Positions 46,976-56,219 of a DNA stretch of 64,000 bases are shown here, piece by piece. How positions within the stretch are numbered: the first letter of the stretch is position 1; every line of letters begins with the position of its first letter. The stretch lies in assembly GCA_021818905.1 (NCBI GenBank), contig JAKASS010000003.1, forward strand, positions 10,445 to 74,444. Reading direction: 5' to 3'. The translations under genes and the position numbers were made by a program. Source of the DNA: Nanobdellota archaeon. Lineage in GTDB: Archaea > Nanobdellota > Nanobdellia > Parvarchaeales > Parvarchaeaceae. Below the pieces are notes generated by a model that saw only the letters and a list, made by a program, of their open reading frames with translations, was not told the origin of the DNA and searched no databases.

Positions 46976-48310
46976 CTAAACTTCTGGCATTTTGAAATTT
47001 TCTTTGCCTTTAAATCCCTCCAATCTATTCAGAAGCCCCTTTACGACATCAGACCTATCTTTAGGATCTAGGCTTCTTCCATTTTCTAAGAATTCTTCTA
47101 TTCTCCCATCTGTGCCGTTGACAGTCAGCTTGAATCTATCATTATAAATGGCCTTTCTGACTTTTTCGTATTTTTGCTTTACGTACGCCCTTCTGTCTTT
47201 ATATCCCCCCGGAAGTATTGTGACATCCCCATACGCTTCGGAAAATGCCGTTTCTTTTGTAAGTGCGCTATCGTTTCCTCCTTCCAGTATACTTTTTATT
47301 AGATCAGATAAGTTTACAAGGCTCTGGTATCCGTTCCTTTTGGGAAACTTTCTACTTTTAGGGTATTTTATTATCATTGGTATTCTGGTTATCTCATCGT
47401 AAAGATAAGTATTATGATACATGTAACCATGTTCATTGAAAGCCTGGCCGTGGTCAGATGTTATTATGAGCATCGTATCGTCATATACCCCCCTGCGTTT
47501 TAAGGTGCTGATGATCTCTCCTAACTGGGAATCTAAATATTCGGCTTCTAATATGTATTGTTTTTTAAGATGCTTCGCCTTAGATCTTCCTATAGAGCGG
47601 ATACCAGTAAAATCGTCCCATGTTTCCTTCGGTTTGTAACCTACGTACGGTTCGTGCATCTCGACGAAATTAATGAATTTAAAGAAGTGTTCCCCCCACT
47701 TACTGTTGGCAAAAATATCGTTTATTAAATAAGCGCCTTTGTCCAATGGATAGTTAGAAACTTTTTCAAGGCGACGTATCTTCGTCCACGCCTTTGCATA
47801 CCTATACAGTTCCTTAAACTTTCCGTGTTTCAAAAGCGCCGCGGCTATTGCGCCCGGACTCGGACCTAATTTTCTAGCCTCTAAAAAGAGCTCGCTCGCC
47901 CATTTTTCCCTCATTTTCGGGATTGGGTCTAAGCTTACGAAAGATTGAAAACCGATATCAAAGGCGGTGAAGGGCGAGACCATTATATTTGTAGACAGCC
48001 CGTCTGTGGCATATCCGTTTTCTGAAAAGCGTTCTGCTAACCTTTCGGCTCTTAGATCTCGATGATATTTTGTAAGTCCAAGCAGTTTTATTTTATCCGT
48101 TTCGTGAACTCCATGTTGGCTAGGGTAAAGGCCAGTAAACAATGATACATGAGAAGGATAAGTCCATGGAGAAGGCGCGATCGCGTTCTCGTACACCATC
48201 GCATCTTTTGCGAGCAGTTTAAGCGACGGCGTTTTTGCATCCCCGCCATAAAGGCCTAGAATATCCTTTCGCATCGTATCGCAAACTATCAATAGCACAT
48301 TTGACGCCAT
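46976..48310 (-). CDS. Sulfatase-family (alkaline phosphatase superfamily) protein lacking the catalytic Cys/Ser
   Basis: LLIVCDTMRKD is followed by TYPSHVSLFTGLYPSQHGV, which aligns to the sulfatase CTPSRAALLTGRYPHRHGV with Cys changed to Thr and Arg changed to His. Confidence 0.6.
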   Translation of the reverse strand: MASNVLLIVCDTMRKDILGLYGGDAKTPSLKLLAKDAMVYENAIAPSPWTYPSHVSLFTGLYPSQHGVHETDKIKLLGLTKYHRDLRAERLAERFSENGYATDGLSTNIMVSPFTAFDIGFQSFVSLDPIPKMREKWASELFLEARKLGPSPGAIAAALLKHGKFKELYRYAKAWTKIRRLEKVSNYPLDKGAYLINDIFANSKWGEHFFKFINFVEMHEPYVGYKPKETWDDFTGIRSIGRSKAKHLKKQYILEAEYLDSQLGEIISTLKRRGVYDDTMLIITSDHGQAFNEHGYMYHNTYLYDEITRIPMIIKYPKSRKFPKRNGYQSLVNLSDLIKSILEGGNDSALTKETAFSEAYGDVTILPGGYKDRRAYVKQKYEKVRKAIYNDRFKLTVNGTDGRIEEFLENGRSLDPKDRSDVVKGLLNRLEGFKGKENFKMPEV

Positions 48311-48357
48311 ATTGCTGTTTAATTACATATTATATATAAGGCTTAGGTAAAATTGTA

Positions 48358-48460
48358 GGCGTGTGCATAACTCGGCCAGTAAACCTTTATTCTAAGCCAA
48401 ACTATGACTGATATTGCGTCTAATACCGCTAAAAAGGGATCGATAAGAAGTGGAAGCGGG
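48358..48460 (+). repeat. Diverged solo copy of the IS5-element left end
   Basis: aggcgtgtgcataact...gatattgcgtctaataccgctaaaaag...agtggaagcgggg. It lies about 250 nt upstream of EF-2. Confidence 0.5.
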
Positions 48461-48672
48461 GACGATCCCCAGGGAAGCCGCGAAAAGGAGTGCTTCGTCA
48501 AATATCAATAGTATTTATCCTAGTTCTAATCTTATAATACTCTGTATTTAGATGATTTTCCCATTAGAGTGGAGGTCATCCTAAAGTGTGCAAGGTCCGA
48601 GACTTTGCACATATTTTTCTAACACCGCGTTATACTCTTTCGGCGTCATAAAAAACTTATTTGTCAAATAAA

Positions 48673-48682
48673 GCTATAAATA
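48673..48682 (+). promoter_or_regulatory. TATA-box-like element upstream of EF-2
   Basis: ctataaatag lies about 25-30 nt upstream of the EF-2 ATG. Confidence 0.3.
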
Positions 48683-48704
48683 GAATAAGATGTATTTTTA
48701 GGAA

Positions 48705-50888
48705 ATGCCCGAAAAGGAATCTCTTACTGAGAAGGTAGTTAGGCTGATGACGCAGCAACGACGGATAAGAAACATCGGCGTCATCGCTCATGTCGACCAT
48801 GGGAAAACTACGACCTGCGACAGCTTGCTTGCGGGATGCGGCATGCTTTCCGAAGAAAAGGCTGGAAAGCAGCTTTACTTAGACTCGGAAAAAGTAGAGC
48901 AGGAAAGGCAGATGACCGTAAAATCCTCCAACGTAAACATGGTCTACGAGCTAAAGGAAGGGGACGAATATCTTATAAACCTCATTGACACGCCCGGCCA
49001 CGTGGATTTTGGCGGACACGTCACCCGCGCGGTCAGGGCTATCGATGGCGCGATAGTAGTCATGGATTCGGTAGAGGGCGTGATGCCGCAGACGGAAATG
49101 GTCCTGAAACAGGCGTTAAAAGACAAGGTAAAACCGATCTTATACATAAACAAGATAGACAGGTTGATCACGGAATTGAGGCAGACCCCCGACCAGATGC
49201 AAAAGCACCTCATAAAATTGATACTTCAGATAAACTCTTTCATAAAAGACCTCGCCCCTGCGGAGATGCGGGAAAAATGGCAGGTAAACGTCCAGGATAA
49301 CACGGTCGCCTTCGGCGCATCAAGAGAGAATTGGGCTCTTTCCTTCAAAAGGATGAAAGAGACCGGTCTTTCATTCAAAGACATATACGACGCCTACACC
49401 GCAAATGACAAGGAAAAGATAAAAGAGCTTTCTAAGAAGACCCCCGTGCACAAGGTCCTTTTGGATATGGTGATAGAACACCTGCCGAGTCCACTCGACG
49501 CCCAGAGATACAGGATCCCGATAATATGGCATGGGGACATGGAAAGCGAAGTCGGCAAGGGACTTGTCAACTGCGATGTAAACGGGCAGCTTATGCTATC
49601 CGTCACCAACATAGAGATAGACCCGCAAGCGGGAGAGGTCGCCGTCGGCAGGATATTCTCTGGAAAAGTAAACAAGGGCCAGGACGTGTTTTTGGTGAAC
49701 AACAAGCAAGTGAACAAGATACAAAATATATACATCTGGAAAGGCCCTCAAAAGTTCCAAGTAGACACCGCAAACGCGGGCAACCAAATAGGGATGGCAG
49801 GGTTAAAAAACATAGTCGCAGGCGAGACGCTTTCTTCAAGCCAGGACGCGACTCCGTTTGAGCCAGTAAGGCACATATTGCAGCCAGTGATGGTGAAAGC
49901 CATAGAGACAAAAAATCCAAAAGACCTGCCAAAATTAGTGCAGGCGCTTCATGAGCTAAGCGTTTACGACATAACGTTAAAAGTCTCGATAAACCACGAG
50001 ACTGGAGAGAACCTGATCGCCGGGCTCGGGACATTGCATCTGGAGATCGTGGAAGACAAGCTTAGGCGTACTTATGGGATAGACATAGTAAGTTCGCAAC
50101 CGATAGTAGTCTACAAGGAGAGCATCTCGACGAGAGGGGCCGTGGTCGAAGGCAAGTCCCCGAACAAACACAACCGATTCTACTTATACGTAGAGCCGAT
50201 CAGCCAGGAAGTCTCGACCGCTATGGAAGAGACTGGGATGCAGACTGGAAAAATAAAGAGCCTTACTCCAGAACAACTTAACGCTTTGATGGCCGCGGGG
50301 ATGTCAAGAGACGAAGCAAAAAGGATAGCCGCGGTCTATGGCAATAATATCTTCATAGACGGGACGAAGGGGGTCATACACATCGGCGAGATAATGGAGA
50401 TGTGCATAGAAGCTTTCAATGACGTAATGAAGACCGGGCCACAGGCAAAAGAAGAGGTCTGGGGGGTAAAAGCCGTGCTTACCGATACGATATTGCACGA
50501 AGATGCGATACACCGCGGGCCCGCACAGGTCATACCTGCGGTAAGGGACGCTATAAAGGACGCATTTATGACGGCTGGCCCCGTCCTATTGGAGCCTATA
50601 CAGCTGATAAGGATAGACATGCCCATGGCTTTCCTAAGCAACGTAAGCCCGCTCATACAATCAAAGAGGGGGATGATAAACGACGTAAAAGAGGACGGCG
50701 ACAAGGTGGTCATCCTCGCAGACCTGCCAGTGGCTTCGTCTTTCGATTTTACGAATGAACTGAGATCCGGCACGGAAGGAAGAGGTTCCTGGTCTTTGTC
50801 GGGAGAAAAATTCAGAAAAGTGCCAAAGGATCTTTATCCCGGCGTGTTAAAGCAGATAAGGGAAAGAAAAGGATTGCCCCCGCTTTGA
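48705..50888 (+). CDS. fusA: Translation elongation factor aEF-2
   Basis: IRNIGVIAHVDHGKTT, DTPGHVDF, and domains II-V. 727 aa. Confidence 0.9.
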   Translation: MPEKESLTEKVVRLMTQQRRIRNIGVIAHVDHGKTTTCDSLLAGCGMLSEEKAGKQLYLDSEKVEQERQMTVKSSNVNMVYELKEGDEYLINLIDTPGHVDFGGHVTRAVRAIDGAIVVMDSVEGVMPQTEMVLKQALKDKVKPILYINKIDRLITELRQTPDQMQKHLIKLILQINSFIKDLAPAEMREKWQVNVQDNTVAFGASRENWALSFKRMKETGLSFKDIYDAYTANDKEKIKELSKKTPVHKVLLDMVIEHLPSPLDAQRYRIPIIWHGDMESEVGKGLVNCDVNGQLMLSVTNIEIDPQAGEVAVGRIFSGKVNKGQDVFLVNNKQVNKIQNIYIWKGPQKFQVDTANAGNQIGMAGLKNIVAGETLSSSQDATPFEPVRHILQPVMVKAIETKNPKDLPKLVQALHELSVYDITLKVSINHETGENLIAGLGTLHLEIVEDKLRRTYGIDIVSSQPIVVYKESISTRGAVVEGKSPNKHNRFYLYVEPISQEVSTAMEETGMQTGKIKSLTPEQLNALMAAGMSRDEAKRIAAVYGNNIFIDGTKGVIHIGEIMEMCIEAFNDVMKTGPQAKEEVWGVKAVLTDTILHEDAIHRGPAQVIPAVRDAIKDAFMTAGPVLLEPIQLIRIDMPMAFLSNVSPLIQSKRGMINDVKEDGDKVVILADLPVASSFDFTNELRSGTEGRGSWSLSGEKFRKVPKDLYPGVLKQIRERKGLPPL

Positions 50889-50931
50889 TTTGAAACGCTA
50901 CGAGGTATATTGAATAAATTTCTTGACGAGA

Positions 50932-51333
50932 TCAACTTTCAATCACAGACGCTAAAAGGTTTATCAACTTTTTAACTATCGGCAGCGTCTCTTCCACCTC
51001 CGCTTTGAAGTTATTTTTTATCGGAGAAAATCCATAGCCAGCCATATTCCGTGATGCCAGCAATTCGCTGTATGTCCTTATTATCTCGGGCAGATTTGCT
51101 TTCAACGCAGAAAACTTTTTTTTATTATTTACCAAGTCTTTGAATTGATCTATTACGTCGTGCTTCTTTGGAAAATTTACCTCCTCTTCCAGTAAAACGG
51201 CCTTCACGCTTATCTCCAACGCCATTTCAAGAGAGTACAAAGCTATGCTAAAATTACGACCGTTCGCCTCGAGTTCTGCGGATAAGAGCCAATCATTCGC
51301 CATCCGCATCGCTTCTTTAGCTACGTTTTCCAT
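50932..51333 (-). CDS. HEPN-domain protein (pair 2)
   Basis: 133 aa and alpha-helical. Paralogous to 60498-60923 (EMALEISVKAVLL versus EMSLELAIKAVML). Overlaps the MNT gene by 13 nt. Confidence 0.55.
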   Translation of the reverse strand: MENVAKEAMRMANDWLLSAELEANGRNFSIALYSLEMALEISVKAVLLEEEVNFPKKHDVIDQFKDLVNNKKKFSALKANLPEIIRTYSELLASRNMAGYGFSPIKNNFKAEVEETLPIVKKLINLLASVIES

Positions 51334-52043
51334 GATAACATTTCGCCTTTTTCTGAAAATCGCCTCTCGTGTTTTATCCTTCGCATCGACATCAAAAAAT
51401 CGGCAAGTGTTTCATTGCAGTCATAGAGTATCAATCCATAGTCCAGAAGATCCAGATATATCGGCCTGAATGTCTTTAAATCTTCGATGGCCAATAGCAA
51501 AACGCTTATCCTCAAGTGGAATCCTCGCTTCACGAAAGCGTCCCGCAGAGGTTCTATTTGCTGTTGTATTTTTGAAAGTCTGCTACGTAAATTTCTGGTC
51601 GCGTCTTCCGCTATCACGAGAATGTCTATATCGCTGTATTCATTGAACGTCCCCTTTATTACGGAACCGAAAAGCATGATGCCGACTACGTCGCGTTCCT
51701 TTGAAGCGGACTTGACAAAAGTCTCTATATAATTTCGTATGTCGGCTGGTAAGGCGATAAAGCGCAGCTGTTTACCCATAAAGTCTTCTATGATCTCGTT
51801 AAACGTGATCTTTCTGCCCGCCGCCTTCGAAAACTCTTCTTTCAGCGCCTTGATCTTAGAATAAGCCGTTGCGCGCAGCAATAGCTGTTTATTCTTTTCC
51901 ATATTAATTATATATATAATTTTATATATAAACTTTACCATGTTAAATTCTTTAAGCGATAAAGGCCGCCTGTTCGCACAGGCTAAATTATTAAAATGAC
52001 GGGCGCCGCAAGTGTATATGGCATGTCCGTTCTGCGACGACAC
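51321..52043 (-). CDS. Minimal nucleotidyltransferase (pair 2) with an N-terminal extension
   Basis: GIMLFGSVIKGTFNEYSDIDILVIA. Paralogous to 60911-61504. Confidence 0.65.
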   Translation of the reverse strand: MSSQNGHAIYTCGARHFNNLACANRRPLSLKEFNMVKFIYKIIYIINMEKNKQLLLRATAYSKIKALKEEFSKAAGRKITFNEIIEDFMGKQLRFIALPADIRNYIETFVKSASKERDVVGIMLFGSVIKGTFNEYSDIDILVIAEDATRNLRSRLSKIQQQIEPLRDAFVKRGFHLRISVLLLAIEDLKTFRPIYLDLLDYGLILYDCNETLADFLMSMRRIKHERRFSEKGEMLSWKT

Positions 52044-52488
52044 AAATATAAACCTCCGAAAATTCTATGAGAATGATCTCTTTGTCGGGATATACAATCT
52101 TAGGCCTTTCGTAGAAGGGCACGTCCTTTTTATGCCCAAGAGGCATGTCGACAGCATATTTAAACTTAATGACATGGAGAAAAAAGGTCTGATGTCTTTC
52201 GCCGACAGATGCGTCTTTATAGCCCTAAAATACGCCGGCGCTTATCAGTTCGATCTTCTGCTACAAGAGGGTGGATCCGCGGGGCAGAGCATACCGCACG
52301 CGCATTTTCATGTCCTGCCTAGGAAATTCGACGACAAAGTGGCTACAAGCAAAAAGGAATGGCTTGCAGAGTTTGGCAAAAGGGAAAAAAGCTCTAGAGG
52401 CAACCTAACAAACGAAGAAACAGAAAAAATAGTCAAAAGACTCAGGTTTATAGCAAAAGAACACGCGATACAACTCGAAACGCTTTAG
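52012..52488 (+). CDS. HIT-family (histidine triad) hydrolase
   Basis: HAHFHVLPR (HxHxHxx) motif. 158 aa. Confidence 0.75.
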   Translation: MYMACPFCDDTNINLRKFYENDLFVGIYNLRPFVEGHVLFMPKRHVDSIFKLNDMEKKGLMSFADRCVFIALKYAGAYQFDLLLQEGGSAGQSIPHAHFHVLPRKFDDKVATSKKEWLAEFGKREKSSRGNLTNEETEKIVKRLRFIAKEHAIQLETL

Positions 52489-53162
52489 ATGGTGCTATCG
52501 CAAAAGCTGCTGACATTTGTATCCGCACAAATGTCCTGTAAAATTTGGGGAAGCGTCTGGTAACCTTTGACCACGTATTTTCCGTTTATTACTAACGTCG
52601 GGAATGTAGTTATATTAAACGCCCGATTAAGAGATGAAACCACTTGTAGATTTACAGTGCCATCTAAAACTACCCCGATGGAAGCGTTAGTTTCAGACGA
52701 TAGGTATGCTATTTCATTGCCCTCGGTGACACAATTCGGACAATTCTTCGGTGAATAAAACATAAGTTCCGTAACTATCTTATTGCCACATTGGTCATTT
52801 ATTCTTTGGGCGATCAACCAGTAACTTACACGTGTATAGGCCAGTTGGACGATCACCCCCGTATAGTTCACACCTGGAGTCGGCTGGCTTGTGAGATCTA
52901 TTGCTTCTGTCGATAGGGTGTTAAGTTGTGAAGATAGACTTGACAGGCTGGAATAAAGTATACCGCATGACGCGGATGAATTCGAATTGCCGAGCGATGC
53001 CGCTAGAAGCAGGTTATCCAAGTCTCCGTTATATTGTTGCAAAGAGTTTAAAAGAGACGGGACCTGCACCCGCCCGATATTATATCCTAAAGAAAAAGCC
53101 AAAGAAACCACTAAAACTGTGCATATCGCAGCCAACATCAATTTTTGATTTTTGCTTTCCAT
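52485..53162 (-). CDS. Secreted thioredoxin-fold protein with a CxxC motif (DsbA-like)
   Basis: Signal peptide, then FYSPKNCPNCVTEG. The start is assumed at MESKNQK. Confidence 0.5.
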   Translation of the reverse strand: MESKNQKLMLAAICTVLVVSLAFSLGYNIGRVQVPSLLNSLQQYNGDLDNLLLAASLGNSNSSASCGILYSSLSSLSSQLNTLSTEAIDLTSQPTPGVNYTGVIVQLAYTRVSYWLIAQRINDQCGNKIVTELMFYSPKNCPNCVTEGNEIAYLSSETNASIGVVLDGTVNLQVVSSLNRAFNITTFPTLVINGKYVVKGYQTLPQILQDICADTNVSSFCDSTI

Positions 53163-54412
53163 TCTGAACCTTGCTTCCCCGTAAATAAATACTGTATAAA
53201 TGCATAAAGCCAAGTGAATGCAAGTATGTAAGAATAAACAAATATATATAGTAGCAAACCGAGGACGTCTCTTTTTATATCAAACTTCTTTTTGACGCCG
53301 TGCAAAGCGTAGAACAACATGTAAGCCCCCACGGCTAATACCGCCAATCCCAACACGGACAATGCATCAAAACTAAATAAAAAGTAGTTTACATTTAATG
53401 AATTTGCCATCACGTATAAAATACTGGTGTTCGCCGCGGTAACATAGAAAGCATAAGCGTAAGTCCAAATAACGTATATAAACGTAGGGATCACTAAGAT
53501 CGAAAGCGCAACGGACGAGAATATAAGTCCAAAGACCGTAATATCTAACCTGCCGTCTTTCGTAGAGAAGATATTTTTTCTGTATTTAGCCATGTTGAAG
53601 AAGAAACCGTAATACCACCTTACTCTCTGTTTTACGAAACTTGACAAAGTCCTAGGGACTACCGTCAAGGATACGGCCTCCAAAGAATTCTCGACCTTGT
53701 AACCTCTGCTCAAAAGTCTTAACGCTATCTCCATATCTTCCGTCTTATTATGCTCGTCGAAGTAACCTATTTTTTTGATTATGGCCGTTCTAAAAAGCGA
53801 GCCGGGGCCCGGCGCTACAGTAAGCGTACCGATATAACTAAACGCCTTTCTCAAGGCGACCGAAAGCAGATAATCGTATTCTTGAAAAAACTCTATCCAG
53901 TTCCCGACATTTAGAGCTTTTACCGCGGGAGTGACCGCTCCGACGTTTTTATCGTCGGCATGGGATAAAAGTTCTACGAGTATTGCTTTATCGAATATCG
54001 TATCCGCATCCATAGTCAAGATAAATTCTTCTTTCACAAAGTTCTGGATAGTGTAATTCATTACTCTTGCCTTTCCGTCAAACGGCGCGTCTATTATTTT
54101 TACCCTTTTATCTCTAAATGACCTGGCGGCAGCTATTGTGGCGGCATCCGCGGACTTATTAAGCACTACGTAGATCTTGTATTTGTCTTGCGGATATTTT
54201 ATTTTTAAAGCACTGTCTACACAAGTTTTAAGAAAACCGCCTTCAAATATCGTGGGTATGATCACCGCGACATCCGGGTCCATGCGATTTCTCTTCTCCC
54301 CCTTCTCCGAAGAGAATATATCATAATAAACGAATATCCAAAAAAAGATTATAAAAAGTGCCACGCCTATGATTATATAAAGATATAATAAAACTGGATA
54401 AGAGTATTGCAT
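53138..54412 (-). CDS. Family 2 glycosyltransferase, membrane-integrated
   Basis: The GT-A motif MDADT is present within LTMDADTIFD. A C-terminal Q.RW-like motif is also present. N- and C-terminal TM helices flank the catalytic domain. Confidence 0.7.
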   Translation of the reverse strand: MQYSYPVLLYLYIIIGVALFIIFFWIFVYYDIFSSEKGEKRNRMDPDVAVIIPTIFEGGFLKTCVDSALKIKYPQDKYKIYVVLNKSADAATIAAARSFRDKRVKIIDAPFDGKARVMNYTIQNFVKEEFILTMDADTIFDKAILVELLSHADDKNVGAVTPAVKALNVGNWIEFFQEYDYLLSVALRKAFSYIGTLTVAPGPGSLFRTAIIKKIGYFDEHNKTEDMEIALRLLSRGYKVENSLEAVSLTVVPRTLSSFVKQRVRWYYGFFFNMAKYRKNIFSTKDGRLDITVFGLIFSSVALSILVIPTFIYVIWTYAYAFYVTAANTSILYVMANSLNVNYFLFSFDALSVLGLAVLAVGAYMLFYALHGVKKKFDIKRDVLGLLLYIFVYSYILAFTWLYAFIQYLFTGKQGSEWKAKIKN

Positions 54413-54457
54413 TAAATTTATATAAGGCCAGGTTTTTAAAGTCTTTTTTGCACAGAC

Positions 54458-55660
54458 TCAAAACCGTTTAAACATCTCCAGCAAAAATATCGTGGCGTAA
54501 GCGCCTTTCTTTAAATCAAAATGCAGGATGACATCGTTGCCGTCCGAGTCGTACGCCAGGTTTTCTGGGTATACCAACGTTTCCCTTTCGAAAGTCTTTA
54601 GACTGGCTTCTGGCATCTCTTTTATTTCCAGTTTTGCCAGGTCGTCTAGTTTTTCTTCCGCCAGGACCGAATCCACCGCGTCCCTGACGTTCGGCGTCAG
54701 TTTGCTTAATTCCAAGTCATACCCTATCGTCGGTAACGTCTCTGAGAGGTCGCCTTTTGGATCCAGCCTGCTCAGCGTCAAATTGAAAACGTAGGCCTGA
54801 AGCGACTGTATTATAAGCAGAAGGAAATATTTAGGCACAGATCTTAGCGCGCCTATATAATCGTGCCTATTGCCTAATAAGTGCCTGATCATGCTTGTCT
54901 CGGAGTGCATGAATCCCGGCAAGGAACTTAAGACTTCGTTTGCCTTTACGTGGTCCAGATCCGAATCGCCTGTCACGTAATCATAGAAAGTATCTTTCAA
55001 AGTGCCCCTGGCGGACTTTGCGACCCCGCTTTCGTCGCGTTCTGTGAAGGCAAAGTCGATCATCGCCTGTTTAAAATTCCGCCCTACGACGGATTTCGAT
55101 ATCGCGATGTTCAGTGCGGAGGTGCCAAAATGCTGCGGGCCATAAAAATTCGGCATGCCGTCCCTTATTTCGCTTAAAAACGCGTCCAGATCCTTTTTTC
55201 CGATAAAATCCCTTATGCGTATCGTAAACCGATTACCATATAGCGCGCCTATTTTGCATCCGCTATCCGCATATGCCAGGTCCTTTATGAAAAACCTGCC
55301 ATATCCTTTCTTTAGCGTATTTGCATCCCCTTTGAAAAGGCTTATCCGTTGGGAGGTTATCGCGTTCCTATCCTTGTTACCCAGATATCCGATCCGTTTT
55401 ATGCCGACGTGGTTGTCTCGGGATATCGTCTTTAACGCATCCTGCGTAGAGACCCCTTTTTTTATGAGGGTAAAAATAAGAAAGTCCTTTTTATTTTCGG
55501 GGATTATTGCGCCGCTATCGTTTGTGTTTGTGGAGAGTATCTCCCCGTCGTTTTCTATCTCTTGGACTATGAAATCTTCTTTTTCTTTGAATAATCCGCC
55601 ATTAAAATCGAAGTTTGTGGTCCTGAAAGAGGTTATGCCTATCTTCTCCGAAGGATACAT
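54458..55660 (-). CDS. truD: tRNA pseudouridine synthase TruD/Pus7
   Basis: IGYLGNKDRNAIT matches the TruD GxKDR catalytic motif. 400 aa. Confidence 0.65.
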   Translation of the reverse strand: MYPSEKIGITSFRTTNFDFNGGLFKEKEDFIVQEIENDGEILSTNTNDSGAIIPENKKDFLIFTLIKKGVSTQDALKTISRDNHVGIKRIGYLGNKDRNAITSQRISLFKGDANTLKKGYGRFFIKDLAYADSGCKIGALYGNRFTIRIRDFIGKKDLDAFLSEIRDGMPNFYGPQHFGTSALNIAISKSVVGRNFKQAMIDFAFTERDESGVAKSARGTLKDTFYDYVTGDSDLDHVKANEVLSSLPGFMHSETSMIRHLLGNRHDYIGALRSVPKYFLLLIIQSLQAYVFNLTLSRLDPKGDLSETLPTIGYDLELSKLTPNVRDAVDSVLAEEKLDDLAKLEIKEMPEASLKTFERETLVYPENLAYDSDGNDVILHFDLKKGAYATIFLLEMFKRF

Positions 55661-55667
55661 AGGCGCT

Positions 55668-56075
55668 TCAACTTAGTCGCTGGCAGACGCCTTGGTTCGC
55701 AGCGAGCACCTCGTTGGATCGCAGAGCATCGCATACGCAGCTTAATACGCTAGTGTTGGTCTCACCCGCTTTTTCGCATGCGGCCGCCGAGTAATAGCAA
55801 TAAAATACCGCACCACAGCTCGGCAATTTACTGCCGTTTTGATTCTGGCAGGCGGGGGTATCGAGATTTGAAGCGGCCGCACTCGTAAGCTGCTGACCGT
55901 ATCCTGCGCATTCTAGATTTAAAGTGCTTATCTGCTGTTGAGTCTTCGCATTGTTGACAGAAACGGAAACAAAGTACGCAAGTGCGATGGCGGTCACGAG
56001 TATAGCTACCGTGATCATAAGCCATTTATTTATCGGCCTGCTTTCTTTTCGGCCCTTTTTTATCAATATCCTCAT
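55668..56075 (-). CDS. Small Cys-rich secreted or membrane protein
   Basis: 135 aa with an N-terminal TM or signal segment and about 8 Cys. It lies downstream of the S-layer-like gene. Confidence 0.4.
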   Translation of the reverse strand: MRILIKKGRKESRPINKWLMITVAILVTAIALAYFVSVSVNNAKTQQQISTLNLECAGYGQQLTSAAASNLDTPACQNQNGSKLPSCGAVFYCYYSAAACEKAGETNTSVLSCVCDALRSNEVLAANQGVCQRLS

Positions 56076-56160
56076 ATAAAACTAATGATCAAACGCGATC
56101 AGATTATAAAAAGAAGCCTCGTAATCTTAAATAACTTAGCTAAGAAAATCCTAACCATTA

Positions 56161-56197
56161 AATAAAAAAAATAAACTTGGGCCTTTTTTAAGGGCCC
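56161..56197 (-). terminator. Hairpin plus oligo-T terminator of the S-layer-like gene
   Basis: On the minus strand GGGCC-cuuaaaaaa-GGCCC is followed by U8, just downstream of the stop codon of the large surface-protein gene. Confidence 0.5.
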
Positions 56198-56219
56198 ATT
56201 AAATTGTCTAATGTATCGC

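Noticed and set aside
49394-50773. A cluster of antisense and alternate-frame ORFs inside EF-2, with Arg/Pro/Ser-rich translations
   Set aside because: The EF-2 frame is unambiguous. The others are artefacts of locally higher GC.
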